In this document: positions 48,087 through 58,226 of the stretch, piece after piece
Layout of the letters: every line of letters starts with the position of its first letter
How positions within the stretch are numbered: position 1 is the stretch's first letter
Assembly (NCBI GenBank): GCA_040904565.1
Contig: JBBDTI010000030.1
Location: forward strand, 78,439 to 142,438
From: Rhodothermales bacterium
GTDB taxonomy: Bacteria; Bacteroidota; Rhodothermia; Rhodothermales; VXPQ01
Reading direction: 5' to 3'
Length of the DNA: 64,000 bases
Notes under the pieces: generated by a model
The model's input: the letters and a program-made list of their open reading frames with translations, nothing else
Databases searched by the model: none
What the model was told of the DNA's origin: nothing
Made by a program: the position numbers and the translations under genes

Positions 48087-50717
48087 TTAGTCGAAGACGC
48101 ACCGGATGGGCTCCGCATCGCCCACGCGCAGGTCGGGACGCTCTTGCCACCGCTCCTGATCGGGATCGCCGATGCGCAGCGTGTAGCGACTCTGTGCATC
48201 GAACACCTTGGGGCGAAAGCGCCGGCCGGCGATCCGCACCGCGTACTCCATCTCCCCGCTCCGCTGGTTATGCACTTCGACGACCGGATCATTCATGCCT
48301 TCGACGCGCAGCTCCGGCAGGTGGCCGGCCGCGTCGCGTCCGTAGTTGTCCAGCTGATGGATCACGATCGGCCAGCCGTCACACTGCCCTTCGGGGTTCG
48401 CGCGCGGATCTACGTAACGAGGCCAGCACTCGATGCGCATCGTCCGCTCGGCCGTGTCGAAGGTGACGATGCCGTATCCGGTGGCCCGGTCGTATATCAG
48501 AGCCGGCTCACGGTTCGTCTGCACCGGGTTGGTCACCGCCAGTACCGTCATCCGGTTGCCGAAGGCGTCGCGAAAGTCGCCGGTGTAGCGGGGACGCCCC
48601 ATCAGGGGTTGATGCTCCGCCTCCACCGCCGGCCACCACCGCCGGGGCCAGATGTTGTTCAGCGCCGGACCGGTAAAGACGAAGCCGGCATCGCCGTGGC
48701 GTTCCACCCCGTAGCGGATCACGCTGCCGAGATGCTGGTCGCCGGCGACGTGCAGGGCAAAACCCTTGCGAATGGCGCGGAGGGCTACGTCGCGGCCCTT
48801 CTGAGGCCAGCCGTTGGTGTCCATGTCCCGCGCCGGGTAGTCTCCGGACGGATATTCCCCCCGCTCCGGTATCGGCGTTGTTGGAACGTCTCGGTCGTGC
48901 GTAGCCCCTTTTTCCATCGTGTGGGCACCGCAAAACGGGCTTTGCGAGAGGACCGCTTTCATCCGCGCCCCGTGGCTCCAGTCGGCCGCCCAGTGCTCCA
49001 GGAATTCCTGTTGGCGCGCTCCCAGCAGGTCCGCATCGACGTCGTAGAACTCCCTCAGCTCTACGTCCGGATCCTGCGGGAATCCGTTGACCACCTCAAA
49101 CGACAGGGCGTTGTTCGGGGCGGTCTTGAACTTGCGATCCTCGATGATGGCGAGGCTGACTCCGCCGTAGGTCCAGTCGGTGTAGTAGACGCCGATGTCC
49201 TGCTCGACCGGCGTCGGGTCCCAGGGGTCCGGCAGATGGCTCGTCAGTGTCCGTTCGACCATCCGCACCCACTCCGGAGGATACTTGTAGCCGCCGAGGT
49301 CCTGCGCTTCATAGCCCCATCCCTGATCCGTCGGCGCCTCTTTGCCGCCCTCCCCCCAGATATTGCCATGGAAGACGTCGTGGTCGTCGGGAATGAACGC
49401 GGAAGGGATGTGACGGAACAGATCACGATACGACCAGCCGAACATGTACCACTTGCGCAGGTAGTCCAGCGTGGCCTTTTCGACATCGTGCGTCCGCTCT
49501 ACGCCCAGGCCGCCGTGGGACTCGTAGATCTGATCTCCCAGGAAGACGGCAAGATCGGGCCGGTGCGCGCTCGCGTGCCGCACGACTTCGTCGTTGGGGA
49601 AACCGTAGTGGCTGTTGCAGCTGAACACCGCCATCTTGAGCGGATCCGTCGGGGCGGGTTCGGCGACGATGGTGCCCTCGTAAAAGAACGTCTCCGGGCC
49701 CGTCTCCAGCGGAAGCGTCACGCGGATGCGATATGGGATGGCCTCCGCGTTCGACCAGTCCTCGATGCGAAAGTGGGCCGTGCGCGCCAGGGGGTGGACG
49801 GTGGTTTCCTCGACCGTCGTCCAGCGGCCGCCTTCGCGAAGCTGGAGCTCGGCAAGATGCCCGGCGACGGCCTCAATTGGCATCAACTGCGCCGTCATCT
49901 TGAGCACCCCGCGGTCCAGTGTATATTGGGCGAAGCAAATCGGCCCGTAGGTTTGCCCCGGACGGTGGGCCAGCTTACTGCCGGCCATCCTCCAGTCTGA
50001 AAAGCGGACCGACGGGGTGTCGGCGTCCTCCTCCTGTGAAGCCACGTGGGCAAGCAGCGCCGGCGAACCGATCAGCGCGTCGGCGTCCACCTCCTCGACG
50101 CGCAAACGGCCCAGCAGCTCCCCGCCGGCGGCATCGGTGGCTGCCAGCGTCAGCCGGTAGGACCCGCCGTCCTCCGAGGCGTGCAACTCCAGCCGGATCG
50201 GCCCGACCAGCGGCACCGGCTCGTCCCCGCGGGTCTCGCCGACGAACAGGCGCCCCGTTCCATCGATGCCCGCCTGCAATCCCTCGCCGAAGACAGCGTT
50301 GCGCCGGTAGTCGTCAAACGTCACCCGTACGGGCTGGTCCAGCGCCCGGGCCCCGATGCGAAAGCCGATGCGATCGGCGTCCGAGCCTCTCAGGTTGAGG
50401 ACCTCGAGGTCCACCCGCATCGTGAAGTCGCCGTCCGATTCGGAGAGCTGGTGCGTCAGGCAGTGCAGGCTGCGATTCGGCGCGCTGACGGCGCATTCGA
50501 GCTGCCCGCCGGCGATCCGCCAGTCCTGCAGCCGGTTACCCCAGTACGCGGGCCCGGCCCAGGTCACGTCGGGCCAGGCGGCCCAGTTGCTGCGCATCGG
50601 TGCGGGCGCCCCGAGGGTGCCTTCGGGCGATGCCTCGGCCGGAGAGCCTCCAGGCGTCACGAGCGAAATGGACGCGGTGCCCAGCAAAAGCTTTTTGACG
50701 GATTCTCGTCGATCCAT
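48087..50717 (-). CDS. Alkaline phosphatase D-like metallophosphoesterase, Tat-type signal
   Basis: MDRRESVK; FLGDQIYE, PDDHDV, IIEDRKFK, AGDQHL. Confidence 0.85.
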   Translation of the reverse strand: MDRRESVKKLLLGTASISLVTPGGSPAEASPEGTLGAPAPMRSNWAAWPDVTWAGPAYWGNRLQDWRIAGGQLECAVSAPNRSLHCLTHQLSESDGDFTMRVDLEVLNLRGSDADRIGFRIGARALDQPVRVTFDDYRRNAVFGEGLQAGIDGTGRLFVGETRGDEPVPLVGPIRLELHASEDGGSYRLTLAATDAAGGELLGRLRVEEVDADALIGSPALLAHVASQEEDADTPSVRFSDWRMAGSKLAHRPGQTYGPICFAQYTLDRGVLKMTAQLMPIEAVAGHLAELQLREGGRWTTVEETTVHPLARTAHFRIEDWSNAEAIPYRIRVTLPLETGPETFFYEGTIVAEPAPTDPLKMAVFSCNSHYGFPNDEVVRHASAHRPDLAVFLGDQIYESHGGLGVERTHDVEKATLDYLRKWYMFGWSYRDLFRHIPSAFIPDDHDVFHGNIWGEGGKEAPTDQGWGYEAQDLGGYKYPPEWVRMVERTLTSHLPDPWDPTPVEQDIGVYYTDWTYGGVSLAIIEDRKFKTAPNNALSFEVVNGFPQDPDVELREFYDVDADLLGARQQEFLEHWAADWSHGARMKAVLSQSPFCGAHTMEKGATHDRDVPTTPIPERGEYPSGDYPARDMDTNGWPQKGRDVALRAIRKGFALHVAGDQHLGSVIRYGVERHGDAGFVFTGPALNNIWPRRWWPAVEAEHQPLMGRPRYTGDFRDAFGNRMTVLAVTNPVQTNREPALIYDRATGYGIVTFDTAERTMRIECWPRYVDPRANPEGQCDGWPIVIHQLDNYGRDAAGHLPELRVEGMNDPVVEVHNQRSGEMEYAVRIAGRRFRPKVFDAQSRYTLRIGDPDQERWQERPDLRVGDAEPIRCVFD

Positions 50718-50767
50718 TGGGGTATCCGTTTCAGTTACGAAGTCCTTCTACCATTTTCGTGTGCCCA

Positions 50768-51295
50768 CTATTGCAGGCAAAAGCAGCTCCGCGGCTCATG
50801 GGATGGCCCGCAGGTACTCCAGTGCGCCTGCGGGCCGTCCGCGTCCCAGGCCTCGCCCTCGATCATGTTGAAGTCTTTCTTGCCGTTGATGACGGTGTAA
50901 TACCCCACCTCGCGCAGATAGAAAGGAAACATCTCCCACCCGTCGGGCATGTCGACGAGTTCGATGCGGCGGTGATGATGTGTGGCCGTACGCGGCGCAT
51001 AGACGGCGTTGATCAGCGGGGTGCGCGACACGGAGCAGACGGGCGAGTTGGAAAACACCCGGTCGAACGTGATGCCCTCCGCCGCGAGCGATTCGAGCTT
51101 GGGCATCTCCGTTCCTCCCGCGTAGAAATGGTCCATAAAATGGACGGCGTTGTCTTCGGAAATTAGCAGGACAATGTTGGGCCGCTGCGCCACCTGACCC
51201 TCGGAACCCCCGGCGGTGAGGACGACCGCCGCGAGCAGCACCGCCGTCATCGCGAGCCCCCATAGTCTGAGTTGTTTCCAGTGCCTTCCTACCAT
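50768..51295 (-). pseudogene. Truncated sulfatase (N-terminal third)
   Basis: RPNIVLLISEDN, VCSVSR, GKKDFN, then loses similarity. Confidence 0.8.
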
Positions 51296-51443
51296 GCGTC
51301 GATGCGGTATTGAATGAAAGCTATTTCAATGGGAACGGCGCCGGTCAGGAATCGCGGGTCGCATGACGATTCCTACGCCCCTCCAGACGACCCAGCCCTT
51401 TCGTCTCTGCTGAGTGGCCACGACGGCACGTCAGGCACGTTCA

Positions 51444-52910
51444 CTACTTGCCACGTGCAGCGGCGGGCATTCCGGCGTGCAGCGAGTGGAGCCTTTGCAT
51501 TAACACCTGATGCAGCTCGTGCGCTTTGCCGGGCCTCTGCTCGGCCAGGTTATGCTGCTCGGCGACGTCGCTATCCAGATCGTACAGCTCCAGGTGCTCG
51601 TCCTCGTAGAACTTGACCAGCTTCCAGCGGCCCTGGCGAAGGGCCGACCCCGGCCGCCAGGCGGAGCCATGGTAATGCGGGTAATGCCACACCAGGGTGC
51701 GCTCGTCGCGGCGGTCGGGATCGGTGAGGTACGGGACGATGCTCTTCCCGTCCAGATGCTGGTTGGATTCCGGGGGCAGACCGGCCAGTTCCAGCAGCGT
51801 CGGGTACAGATCCATGCTCGTGACGGCCTGCGAGGAGACGGCCCCTGCCGGCAGCCCCGGGGCTTGGATGATCAGCGGCACGCGAATCCCGCCCTCGTAG
51901 GCCCATCCCTTACCGGCTCGCAGCGGCACCACGGCCGTGGGAGCAATCCCACGCTCGGGAGGCAGGGTCGTCAATCCCCCGTTGTCGGATGTCAGTACGA
52001 CGATCGTGTTCTGGTAGAGGCCTCGCTCTCTTAACGTCGCAAGCAGCCGTCCCACGTTATCGTCCATGCACCGGACCATGGCGGCGTACTTGTCCTCGCT
52101 CTGAGTCAGCCGCGTCTGCCCGTGACCTTCCTCGCGAACGTTCGGCCTCCCCTGCTCGGGAAGCTGCAGTTTCTGTTCGCGGTACTGCCCGTCGTAGCGC
52201 CTGCAGCCCTGGATCGGGGTATGGACGGTGTAAAAGGACAACAGCAAAAAGAAGGGCTCCTGCCGCCGGGCCGCCGCCTCCACGAACCGAATCGACTCGT
52301 CGGTCAGCCGGTCGGTCAGGTACTCGCCCTCCGGGCCGTCGGCCAGGCGCGGATTCTCATAGGGGGCGTAGTACCCGCCTGGCGGGGAGCCCCGGTCATG
52401 GCCGCCCACGTTGACCTCAAATCCCTGGTACTCCGGCCAGTAGGCCGGGTCTTCCCCCAGGTGCCATTTGCCGGCAAACATGGTGCGGTAGCCGTGCTGC
52501 TCGAACGCCTCGGCCAGCGTGAGCTCCTCCAGCGGCAGATGATCCAGGATTTCGGGCGGCGTAAGCCGCGGATCCTCGGCCTGCTCCGTAGGCATGCCAG
52601 GAATCCAGTCGGTAATGCCCACTCTTGCCGGGTCTTTTCCCGTCAGGATCGCCGCCCGGGTAGGTGAGCACACCGGGTGAGCCGCATAGGCGTCGGTGAA
52701 GCGGACGCCCCGTCCCGCCAGGTTGTCCACGTGGGGCGTGTCGTAAAAGGTGCTGCCGTAGCTGCCCAGATCCGTCCAACCCAAGTCATCCACCAGAATG
52801 AACACCACGTTCGGAGGCGACGCTTGCGCGAGGGATTCACACGCAAAACAGGCGAGCCCGAGGATTACGATAAACGGGCGAAGACACAGATACTTCCAGC
52901 GGTCCATCAT
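51444..52910 (-). CDS. Sulfatase (arylsulfatase-like)
   Basis: NVVFILVDDLG, VCSPTRAAILTG, GKWHLG, SDNGG, YEGGIRVP. Confidence 0.95.
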   Translation of the reverse strand: MMDRWKYLCLRPFIVILGLACFACESLAQASPPNVVFILVDDLGWTDLGSYGSTFYDTPHVDNLAGRGVRFTDAYAAHPVCSPTRAAILTGKDPARVGITDWIPGMPTEQAEDPRLTPPEILDHLPLEELTLAEAFEQHGYRTMFAGKWHLGEDPAYWPEYQGFEVNVGGHDRGSPPGGYYAPYENPRLADGPEGEYLTDRLTDESIRFVEAAARRQEPFFLLLSFYTVHTPIQGCRRYDGQYREQKLQLPEQGRPNVREEGHGQTRLTQSEDKYAAMVRCMDDNVGRLLATLRERGLYQNTIVVLTSDNGGLTTLPPERGIAPTAVVPLRAGKGWAYEGGIRVPLIIQAPGLPAGAVSSQAVTSMDLYPTLLELAGLPPESNQHLDGKSIVPYLTDPDRRDERTLVWHYPHYHGSAWRPGSALRQGRWKLVKFYEDEHLELYDLDSDVAEQHNLAEQRPGKAHELHQVLMQRLHSLHAGMPAAARGK

Positions 52911-52929
52911 ACGTTTGCCTGGGTAGCGG

Positions 52930-54585
52930 TTACTCTTCGACCCGGCTGCCCCACCAATTATTTCCAGGATAGAAGTCGGGAGACAGGAATTCCAGGCGCC
53001 GTTCCTCAAGCCGGGGCAGCAGCTCCCGCTCGATGCGCTCCAGGTATTCCGCCTCTTCCTGCGGGTCGTACTGCGGGTCCTTGCGGGGAAATCTGGCGCC
53101 CGTTTCCGCCAGATAATCGGTGAGCCGGGCGCTCAGGCGCTCCTTTACCTCCGGATGACTCGCCGATACATCGGTCTCCTCGGACAGGTCGGCCTCCAGA
53201 TCGTAGAGCACCTCGCTGCTGTCGGCGTGGTAGCGAATCAGCTTCCAGCGCCCCTGCCGCACCGCCGAAGAGGGTCGACCGCCCTGGTTGCCATAATGCG
53301 GATAGTGCCAGTACAGCGGCCGGTCGGCGATCGCCCCGCCTACCAGTAAAGGTACCAGGCTGACGCCGTCTTCGTGCTCTTCGGGTCGCTGTTCGGCGCC
53401 GACGAGATCCAGAATAGTCGGATAGAAATCGGTGCCGATGACCGGCGTGTCGTTTTCGATGCCCCGGTGTTCCATCCAGGGAACGCTGATGAAATACGGG
53501 ACCCGCAATCCGCCCTCGTACTGGTAGCCCTTACCCCCGCGCAGGGGCCGGTTGGAGGTGGCATAATCGTCGCCGGCGGCCACCCCGCCGTGATCGGAAG
53601 TGAAAATCACAATGGTGTTGTCTTCCAGGCCCTGCTCCCTGAGGGTTTCCAGAACGCTTCCGACCGCGTCGTCCATGTGCTGGACCAGGCCTGCATACAC
53701 CGGGTTGTCCTGCACCTGGCGAATGGGCAGGAAATAGCCCATCTCGAAGCCGGTCTCGGCGATGCCCATCGAATCGGCCTTGTCACGGTACTTCTTCCAG
53801 TAGTCTTGCGTCGTCTGAATCGGGGCGTGCACCGCGTAGAACGACAGAAACGCGAAGAAAGGGGCGTCCCCGTTCTGCTCGATAAATCGGCTGGTCTCCC
53901 TGGCCAGCTTCTCGGGCAGGCTCATTCCCTCTTCATCGGGATGGTCTTCCATCTTCGGGTTGTTGAAGGGAGAAAAATATCCGCCCGTGTACGGGCCGCC
54001 GGCCTCAAAGCCCCCCTGGTTGACGTCGAACCCGTGGTCTTCGGGATAGGAACCTTCCCCGCCCAGGTGCCACTTACCGGCGAAGAAGGTACTGTACCCT
54101 ACCTGCTGCATTGCTTCCGGCAGCACCACGTAGTCGTGCGGAAGATGGTCGACATAGTCCGGAGGGAGCAGCTTGCTGTGACGCCCCTGTTCCCGCCATT
54201 CGATTCCGGTCCTGGCCCCGATCCAGTCGGTAATGCCGTGGCGGGCCGGCGACTTCCCCGACATGATGCTGGCCCGAGAGGGGCTGCAAACGCGATGGGC
54301 CGCGTATCCGCTAGTAAAGATCATGCTCCGGGCAGCCAGCCGGTCCAGATGGGGCGTCTCGTAATATGCGCTGCCCCGGCTGCTCAGATCGTGGTACCCG
54401 TAATCATCGGCGATGATAAACAGGATGTTGGGCCGCTCCTGCGGCCCCGATGCCTCGGACGAGAGCGGTGCCCGGTCGTCGCCGGTACACGCTCCGAACA
54501 CCAGTGCGGCCAGAACGGCTAAGACCGCCGTAAGCGACGCCGTGACGGAGGGGTCGCGGCGGATGGCCGGTTGAGATAGAAGCAT
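52930..54585 (-). CDS. Sulfatase lipoprotein
   Basis: VFGAC lipobox, NILFIIADDYG, VCSPSRAS, GKWHLG. Confidence 0.95.
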   Translation of the reverse strand: MLLSQPAIRRDPSVTASLTAVLAVLAALVFGACTGDDRAPLSSEASGPQERPNILFIIADDYGYHDLSSRGSAYYETPHLDRLAARSMIFTSGYAAHRVCSPSRASIMSGKSPARHGITDWIGARTGIEWREQGRHSKLLPPDYVDHLPHDYVVLPEAMQQVGYSTFFAGKWHLGGEGSYPEDHGFDVNQGGFEAGGPYTGGYFSPFNNPKMEDHPDEEGMSLPEKLARETSRFIEQNGDAPFFAFLSFYAVHAPIQTTQDYWKKYRDKADSMGIAETGFEMGYFLPIRQVQDNPVYAGLVQHMDDAVGSVLETLREQGLEDNTIVIFTSDHGGVAAGDDYATSNRPLRGGKGYQYEGGLRVPYFISVPWMEHRGIENDTPVIGTDFYPTILDLVGAEQRPEEHEDGVSLVPLLVGGAIADRPLYWHYPHYGNQGGRPSSAVRQGRWKLIRYHADSSEVLYDLEADLSEETDVSASHPEVKERLSARLTDYLAETGARFPRKDPQYDPQEEAEYLERIERELLPRLEERRLEFLSPDFYPGNNWWGSRVEE

Positions 54586-54745
54586 GATTTCGACGGTTTG
54601 AGCGCAGGGAGAGACGGCACACGATCTGGCGTGGCCAAACGTTGGACCTCATTGAAGATCGCATGTAGAGCGCCCACAATCCAGAAAGCCGCCGGGCGGT
54701 GGGCTCGCATGTTCGTTTGTTGCGATAAGGAACCGGGTATCTCGC

Positions 54746-54860
54746 ATGTCGTCCGCGGCCGACATGCGTCGGCTTTTCGAGCGGTTGAATGCCGAATTGG
54801 AGACCGTAAATATCGAGGGGGAGGTTTATCTCGTCGGCGGCGCCGTGATGTGCCTCGCGC
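54746..54860 (+). pseudogene. N-terminal remnant of a DUF6036-like nucleotidyltransferase
   Basis: LFERLNAELETVNIEGEVYLVGGAVMCLA, then unrelated sequence. Confidence 0.6.
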
Positions 54861-55048
54861 TCCAGTGCGGCTGCGTACGCTCAGAGCGGCAGCGCCACCA
54901 GACCTCAGTCCAGCCCATGTGCGCTCTGGCGTGAACGGAAGACGGCGCAGGCCCACGACGTTGCCGACGATGCCGTGTGTCCAGGCGACGACGCCCGGAC
55001 CGAGAGGGATGCGACGGCGGCAACATGGTGAGATCTTGCTCACCGCCT

Positions 55049-56200
55049 CTATACCTTGAGGAAGAGCTTGTTGCGGTACAGGAAATAGAGAAACAGCCAC
55101 ACGAGCGCCATCGCGCCGACGGCCTCGAAGACGGCGTGCCAGGCCTCCGGAAGCGGCGCATAGAGGCCCCCGAAAAGCAGTCGGGACGTGCTCGAGAACG
55201 GCACGAAGCGGTACACGAGATAGATGGTGAGCGAGTTGAGGCCGATCACCTGGAAGAAGAACGCCCACTTTCGGTAATGCCACACGTCGATGACCGCATA
55301 GAAGAAGGCCATCGAGAGGAAGGCCATCCCGCCCGTCAGCATGATGAACGAGCTGCTCCAGAGATGCTTGTTGATGGGGAAGTGCATGTCCCAGAGCAGC
55401 CCGACCAGGATGGCGCCGACGCCCGCGGCCGTCAGGTAGCCGACCTTCCGGTAGTCGGTTAAATGCCCGCGGAGGATGTCGCCGGCCATCGTTCCGAAGA
55501 CCGTCAAACAGAGGGCGGGAAGCTGGGTGAGGAGCCCCAGTTCGTCGTAGTTGCCCTGCAGGAGCCGTCCGGGCAGGACGCTGCGGTCGATCCATCCGAC
55601 CAGATTCCCTTCGATGGTCAGATTACCGGCGCCGTAGCCCGGTACCGGGATGAGGAAGAGGGCCGCGTAGTAGGCGAGCAGGATGCCGCCGATCCACGCG
55701 AGGCGCGCCCGATTGGAATAGTTCAGGTAGAGAAAGGTGGCGAGGAACGTCGCGATACCGATGCGTCCGAGGACGCTTCCGAGGCGGATCTCCGGCGGCT
55801 CGAAGACGGGGATGGGGGCGTTCTTGTAGAGGATGCCCAGACCGATGAGGATCAGCATCCTCGTGAACGCTTTGCGATAGAGCTCGCCGCGCTTGCTTCC
55901 GGCTGCGCGCCACTTGCTCAGAGAAAAGGCGAGGGCCACGCCCGCGATGAAGAGGAAGAGCGGGAAGATGAAATCATAGAATGTGAAACCGTGCCAGGCG
56001 GGGTGACGCATCTGGCCGGCGAGCCAGTCGACCCAGGCGAGCCCCGTGAGTCCCTCCATCTGAATTAGAAAGGTCGCGCCGCCGGAAATGAGCAGCATGT
56101 CGAAGCCGCGAAGCGCGTCGATGGAGAGAAGCCGTTTCGAGGAGGTATTGGACGTGACGGGCGGAACGGTCTTACGTGCTTCGGTTGCGGCGGTGGACAT
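55049..56200 (-). CDS. DUF5009 / heparan-alpha-glucosaminide N-acetyltransferase-like membrane protein
   Basis: RLLSIDALRGFDM, WHGFTFYDFIFPLFLFIAG, SVLGRIG, PINKHLWSSSF. Confidence 0.88.
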   Translation of the reverse strand: MSTAATEARKTVPPVTSNTSSKRLLSIDALRGFDMLLISGGATFLIQMEGLTGLAWVDWLAGQMRHPAWHGFTFYDFIFPLFLFIAGVALAFSLSKWRAAGSKRGELYRKAFTRMLILIGLGILYKNAPIPVFEPPEIRLGSVLGRIGIATFLATFLYLNYSNRARLAWIGGILLAYYAALFLIPVPGYGAGNLTIEGNLVGWIDRSVLPGRLLQGNYDELGLLTQLPALCLTVFGTMAGDILRGHLTDYRKVGYLTAAGVGAILVGLLWDMHFPINKHLWSSSFIMLTGGMAFLSMAFFYAVIDVWHYRKWAFFFQVIGLNSLTIYLVYRFVPFSSTSRLLFGGLYAPLPEAWHAVFEAVGAMALVWLFLYFLYRNKLFLKV

Positions 56201-56576
56201 GATGCTCCGAACGTGTTCTGGGGCAATCGAGGGCGCGGGAAGGGCCCGTCTCGCTTCCAAACGTAGGTCGTGTAGCGCGAAGGCGCAATTCGATCATTTC
56301 GGCTACGACGACATACAGCTGATTGCGGTCGCCCGCCGTTCGGGCCACCTGGAAGCGAGCTGCATTTTGAAAGGACGTGCAAGCGCGTACGGTCGGTCAG
56401 ATAAGCCGTCACCGCGGCGTCGTCCGCCGGCACGCGGCGCATCGCGCCGATCCGTATTATGGCGGTACGGAAGAAAGGACGAGCTGCTTCGTCGCCACGA
56501 TGCGCACCTTCGCTTTTCTCATCGTGCTCCGACCTCATCCATCCAACCACGCGAAGAATCGATCGGAGGAGTCGCC

Positions 56577-58106
56577 ATGCGACAGACCGTTTTCGGAATC
56601 TCCCTCATCATGCTGCTGCTGAACGCCGCGCCCACGGCCTCCGCGCAGGACGCCTGCACGGGCCTGACGGAGGCGCGCCTGCCGGACGTCCGCATCACCC
56701 GCGCCGTACGCGTCGAGTCCGGCGAGGAGGAAGGCGTCAGCGCCGCGCACTGCGCGGTCGACGGCGTCATCGGGCGCGAGATCGGATTCGAGGTGCTGCT
56801 GCCGGACGACTGGAACGGCCGCTTCGCCATGGGAGGCGGCGGCGGGTTCGTGGGGTCCGTTCAGAACATGCTGCGCCCGTCGGTCGACCGAGGATATGCC
56901 ACGGCCGGTACCGACACGGGTCACCAGGGGCCCGGCACGAGTGCCGCGTGGGCGCTCAACCAGCCGGAGCGGCAGGTAAACTTCGGGCATCTGGCCGTAC
57001 ACCGGACCGCGGAAGTGGCGAAGGCGCTCATCTACGCGTACTACGGAACGGACCCCGATTACTCCTATTTCATGGGCTGCTCGCGCGGCGGCGGACAGGC
57101 CCTGATGGAGGCGCAGCGCTACCCGGACGATTTCGACGGCATCGTCGCCGGGGCGCCGGCCTTTGACTGGACCGGGATCGGTGCCGAAATGGTGCAGAAC
57201 ACGCAGAAGGCGTATCCCAGCCCGTCCGACACCGATCGGCCGATCGTCACGCGTGACCAGCTTGCGTATCTCGAAGGTGCGATTCTGGAGGAGTGCGACG
57301 GACTCGACGGCGTCGAGGACGGCGTCATGGAGGATCCGCGGGCCTGCGCGTTTGAGATCGATGCCCTGCCGCGGTGTCCGGCGAGTTCCGACGATGGCGT
57401 CTGCTTCACGACGCGGCAGGTCGAGGCGATCAGGGAGATCTACGCGCCGCCGACGAACGACGACGGACCGCTCTTCGTCGGCCAGCCGTTCGGGGGAGAA
57501 GGCTGGGAGCCGGGGTGGATCGCGTGGATCACGGGGGGCGTGCCGAACCCGGAGGAGGCGTTCGGCCGGGACGTGCCCAGCCTTCACTACGCTTTCGGGG
57601 TGGATATGTACAGGTACCTGGTTTTCAACGACCCTGAATGGGACTATTCGACGTACGATTTTTCCAGCTGGGAAAATGACGTCGCGTACGCGGCGGCCTT
57701 TCTGAACGCGACGGATCCCGACCTGCGCGACTTTGAGGAGCGCGGGGGCAAGCTTCTCCTGTACCATGGCTGGTCCGACGCGGCGCTTAGCGCCCTGGCC
57801 AGCATCGATTTCTACGAAGACGTAGAGGCCCGCGACGGGAGCGTGCGGGAGTACTTCCGGATGTATCTGATGCCCGGCGTGCTGCACTGCTCGGGCGGGT
57901 CGGGTCCGGACCAGGTAGACTGGCTCGGCATCATCCGCGACTGGGTCGAGAGTGGAGAGGCGCCCGACCGGGTGGTTGCATCCAAGGCGGACGAGAGCGG
58001 CGAGGTCATCCGCACGCGCCCGTTGTGTCCCTATCCGCAGCGCGCCGCATACACCGGTTCCGGGAGCACGGACGATGCGGAGAATTTCGTGTGCGAGGCG
58101 CCGTAG
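56577..58106 (+). CDS. Tannase/feruloyl esterase family alpha/beta hydrolase
   Basis: GGAGGA RBS, signal peptide, TDTGH, GCSRGG, HGWSD, PGVLHCSGG, RPLCPYP. Confidence 0.93.
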   Translation: MRQTVFGISLIMLLLNAAPTASAQDACTGLTEARLPDVRITRAVRVESGEEEGVSAAHCAVDGVIGREIGFEVLLPDDWNGRFAMGGGGGFVGSVQNMLRPSVDRGYATAGTDTGHQGPGTSAAWALNQPERQVNFGHLAVHRTAEVAKALIYAYYGTDPDYSYFMGCSRGGGQALMEAQRYPDDFDGIVAGAPAFDWTGIGAEMVQNTQKAYPSPSDTDRPIVTRDQLAYLEGAILEECDGLDGVEDGVMEDPRACAFEIDALPRCPASSDDGVCFTTRQVEAIREIYAPPTNDDGPLFVGQPFGGEGWEPGWIAWITGGVPNPEEAFGRDVPSLHYAFGVDMYRYLVFNDPEWDYSTYDFSSWENDVAYAAAFLNATDPDLRDFEERGGKLLLYHGWSDAALSALASIDFYEDVEARDGSVREYFRMYLMPGVLHCSGGSGPDQVDWLGIIRDWVESGEAPDRVVASKADESGEVIRTRPLCPYPQRAAYTGSGSTDDAENFVCEAP

Positions 58107-58226
58107 CGGCCGCCGAGATTTCGAACCGATATCACGACCGGCTGCTCCCCATGCTGCGTGAGGTGTTTATGGGCCGGGTGATCTACCAGACGGGCCTGTG
58201 GAGCCCTGAGGCCGGTGGGTGCCGCA

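Noticed and set aside
48030-50000. Long opposite-strand ORFs (e.g. 48030-50000, 45138-46928, 12249-13652, 41095-42513)
   Set aside because: Antisense shadows of well-supported genes, expected in high-GC DNA; no recognisable motifs.
58107-58226. Coding-like intergenic stretches (also 26118-26276, 20154-20248, 14830-15130)
   Set aside because: Possibly further gene remnants, but no family could be recognised with confidence.
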